64,000 nucleotides of DNA, taken from positions 188,976,001 to 189,040,000 of the forward strand of contig NC_091475.1 of assembly GCF_036971445.1 (NCBI RefSeq), written 5' to 3'. The position numbers and the translations under genes were made by a program. The notes beneath the pieces were generated by a model that was not told the origin of the DNA, did not search any database, and saw only the letters and a list, made by a program, of their open reading frames with translations. Of the stretch, positions 62,925-64,000 are shown piece by piece; the first letter of the stretch is position 1; each line of letters starts with the position of its first letter. Origin of the DNA: Narcine bancroftii (lineage: Eukaryota).

Positions 62925-63143
62925 AATTTTAAACAAATGGTGCAGAGTTGGAGGGACTCAGAGGACCAAGGCAGCATCCATGGGTAGAAATGGTCCGTCA
63001 ATGTTTTGGATTGGGATCCTTTATTGAAACTTGACAGCTGAAATATCGCATACTACAAGAGAATCCTGACCCAAAACATTTCTTCCCATGGATACTGCTT
63101 GACCAGCTGAGTCCCTCCAACTCTGCATCATTTGTTTAAAATT
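62925..63143. repeat. Penelope-derived palindrome (long hairpin)
   Basis: Outer arms ttttaaacaaatg(g/a)tgcagagttggagggactcag match at 34/35; inner arms degenerate. Confidence 0.85.
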
Positions 63144-63750
63144 CCAGTGTCTGCAGTTTTTATATTTATCTAAACAATTTAACTGAATGTACATTCACTT
63201 TTAAATACCTAAACAAAAACTTGTCAAACATGTCTAACTAGTTACGTTATTAAAATTCTGAGTTAATTTGTAATAATTGGACATTGATCACTGACTTCTG
63301 AGTCTGGACACACTCATACATGGATAAGAGGGTTATGGGTGGAGAATAGGCGGGGGGAGCTAATGGAGTTGTTTGAGTAAATTGGCGTGGACTTGTAGGG
63401 CCGAGATGGCCTGTTTCCATGCCATAAACTGTTATATGGTTATATATGCCACAGAGCATCATGGGGATAAATGAAATTACTTAGCTTTGAATGCAGGGCT
63501 GGATAACCTTTGGCCATACTCCCCTACTGATGATCTTATCAATGGATAAGTAACAATGGAATTTAAAGTATAGCAAAGCACAAAGTAAAACCTAAACAAG
63601 AAAACATGCATAATATGTCCCACACGCTAGACATATTGAGAAAACCGCATTAAACACACGCTATTCAATCTGTTTCTTTTTGATTTTATTTTACTCCAAC
63701 GTACTTGAGTGTGGAATCTGTGGACTCGTGCCAGAATGTTCCATATATAG

Positions 63751-64000
63751 CAGTGGTTTTCAAACTGCTCTCTAAGCTCACCTTCCACCTTAAGCAATCC
63801 CTATGCCAGAAGTGCTTTGCGATTAGTATGGGATTGCTTAAGGTGGTATTTGAGTGGGAAAGGAAGGTTGAGAACTATCGCTCTTGACCCAAATTCAGGT
63901 GAAAAAATAATTACTTGAGAAAAATTGTCATTGGCCCATCTCCTTTGGAGTTATGAAACTGTGCACATAATGAATCAATCAGGTATGATGAAAACAATGG
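63751..64000. mobile_element. Second copy of the composite hAT MITE (runs off the window)
   Basis: cagtggttttcaaac...aaggttgagaac, then the same spacer (ttgagaaaaattgtcattggccc...gagttatgaaac) as 39360-39460. Confidence 0.85.

Overview
This is eukaryotic, not prokaryotic, DNA: an AT-rich, transposon-saturated intronic or intergenic stretch. Its repeat complement (CR1 LINEs with SGNH-esterase ORF1, Rex1/Babar LINEs, L1, RTE, Penelope-like elements, tRNA/V-type SINEs, Gypsy LTR elements, Tigger-like and hAT MITEs) is typical of a cartilaginous fish (shark or ray); that taxonomy is inferred from family resemblance only. Almost every ORF in the supplied track is a decayed retroelement fragment or noise, and there is no intact gene, rRNA, tRNA or CRISPR array. 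The best-supported structures are four decayed Gypsy loci (PBSs for tRNA-Trp, tRNA-Leu(CAG) and tRNA-Leu(TAA)), three solo LTRs with TSDs, one near full-length decayed L1 with nested insertions, three young RTE copies, several MITEs with TIRs and TSDs, and about ten Penelope pLTR fragments with a hammerhead-like core. Two phase-compatible minus-strand exon candidates (33389-33528 and 23522-23642) may belong to an unidentified host gene. The most unusual structure is a Gypsy unit at 24405-28280 bounded by inverted LTRs yet flanked by a perfect 5-bp TSD. I cannot show a new biological system from sequence alone. All family calls are motif recognition by eye, and boundaries without a stated TSD or TIR are approximate.
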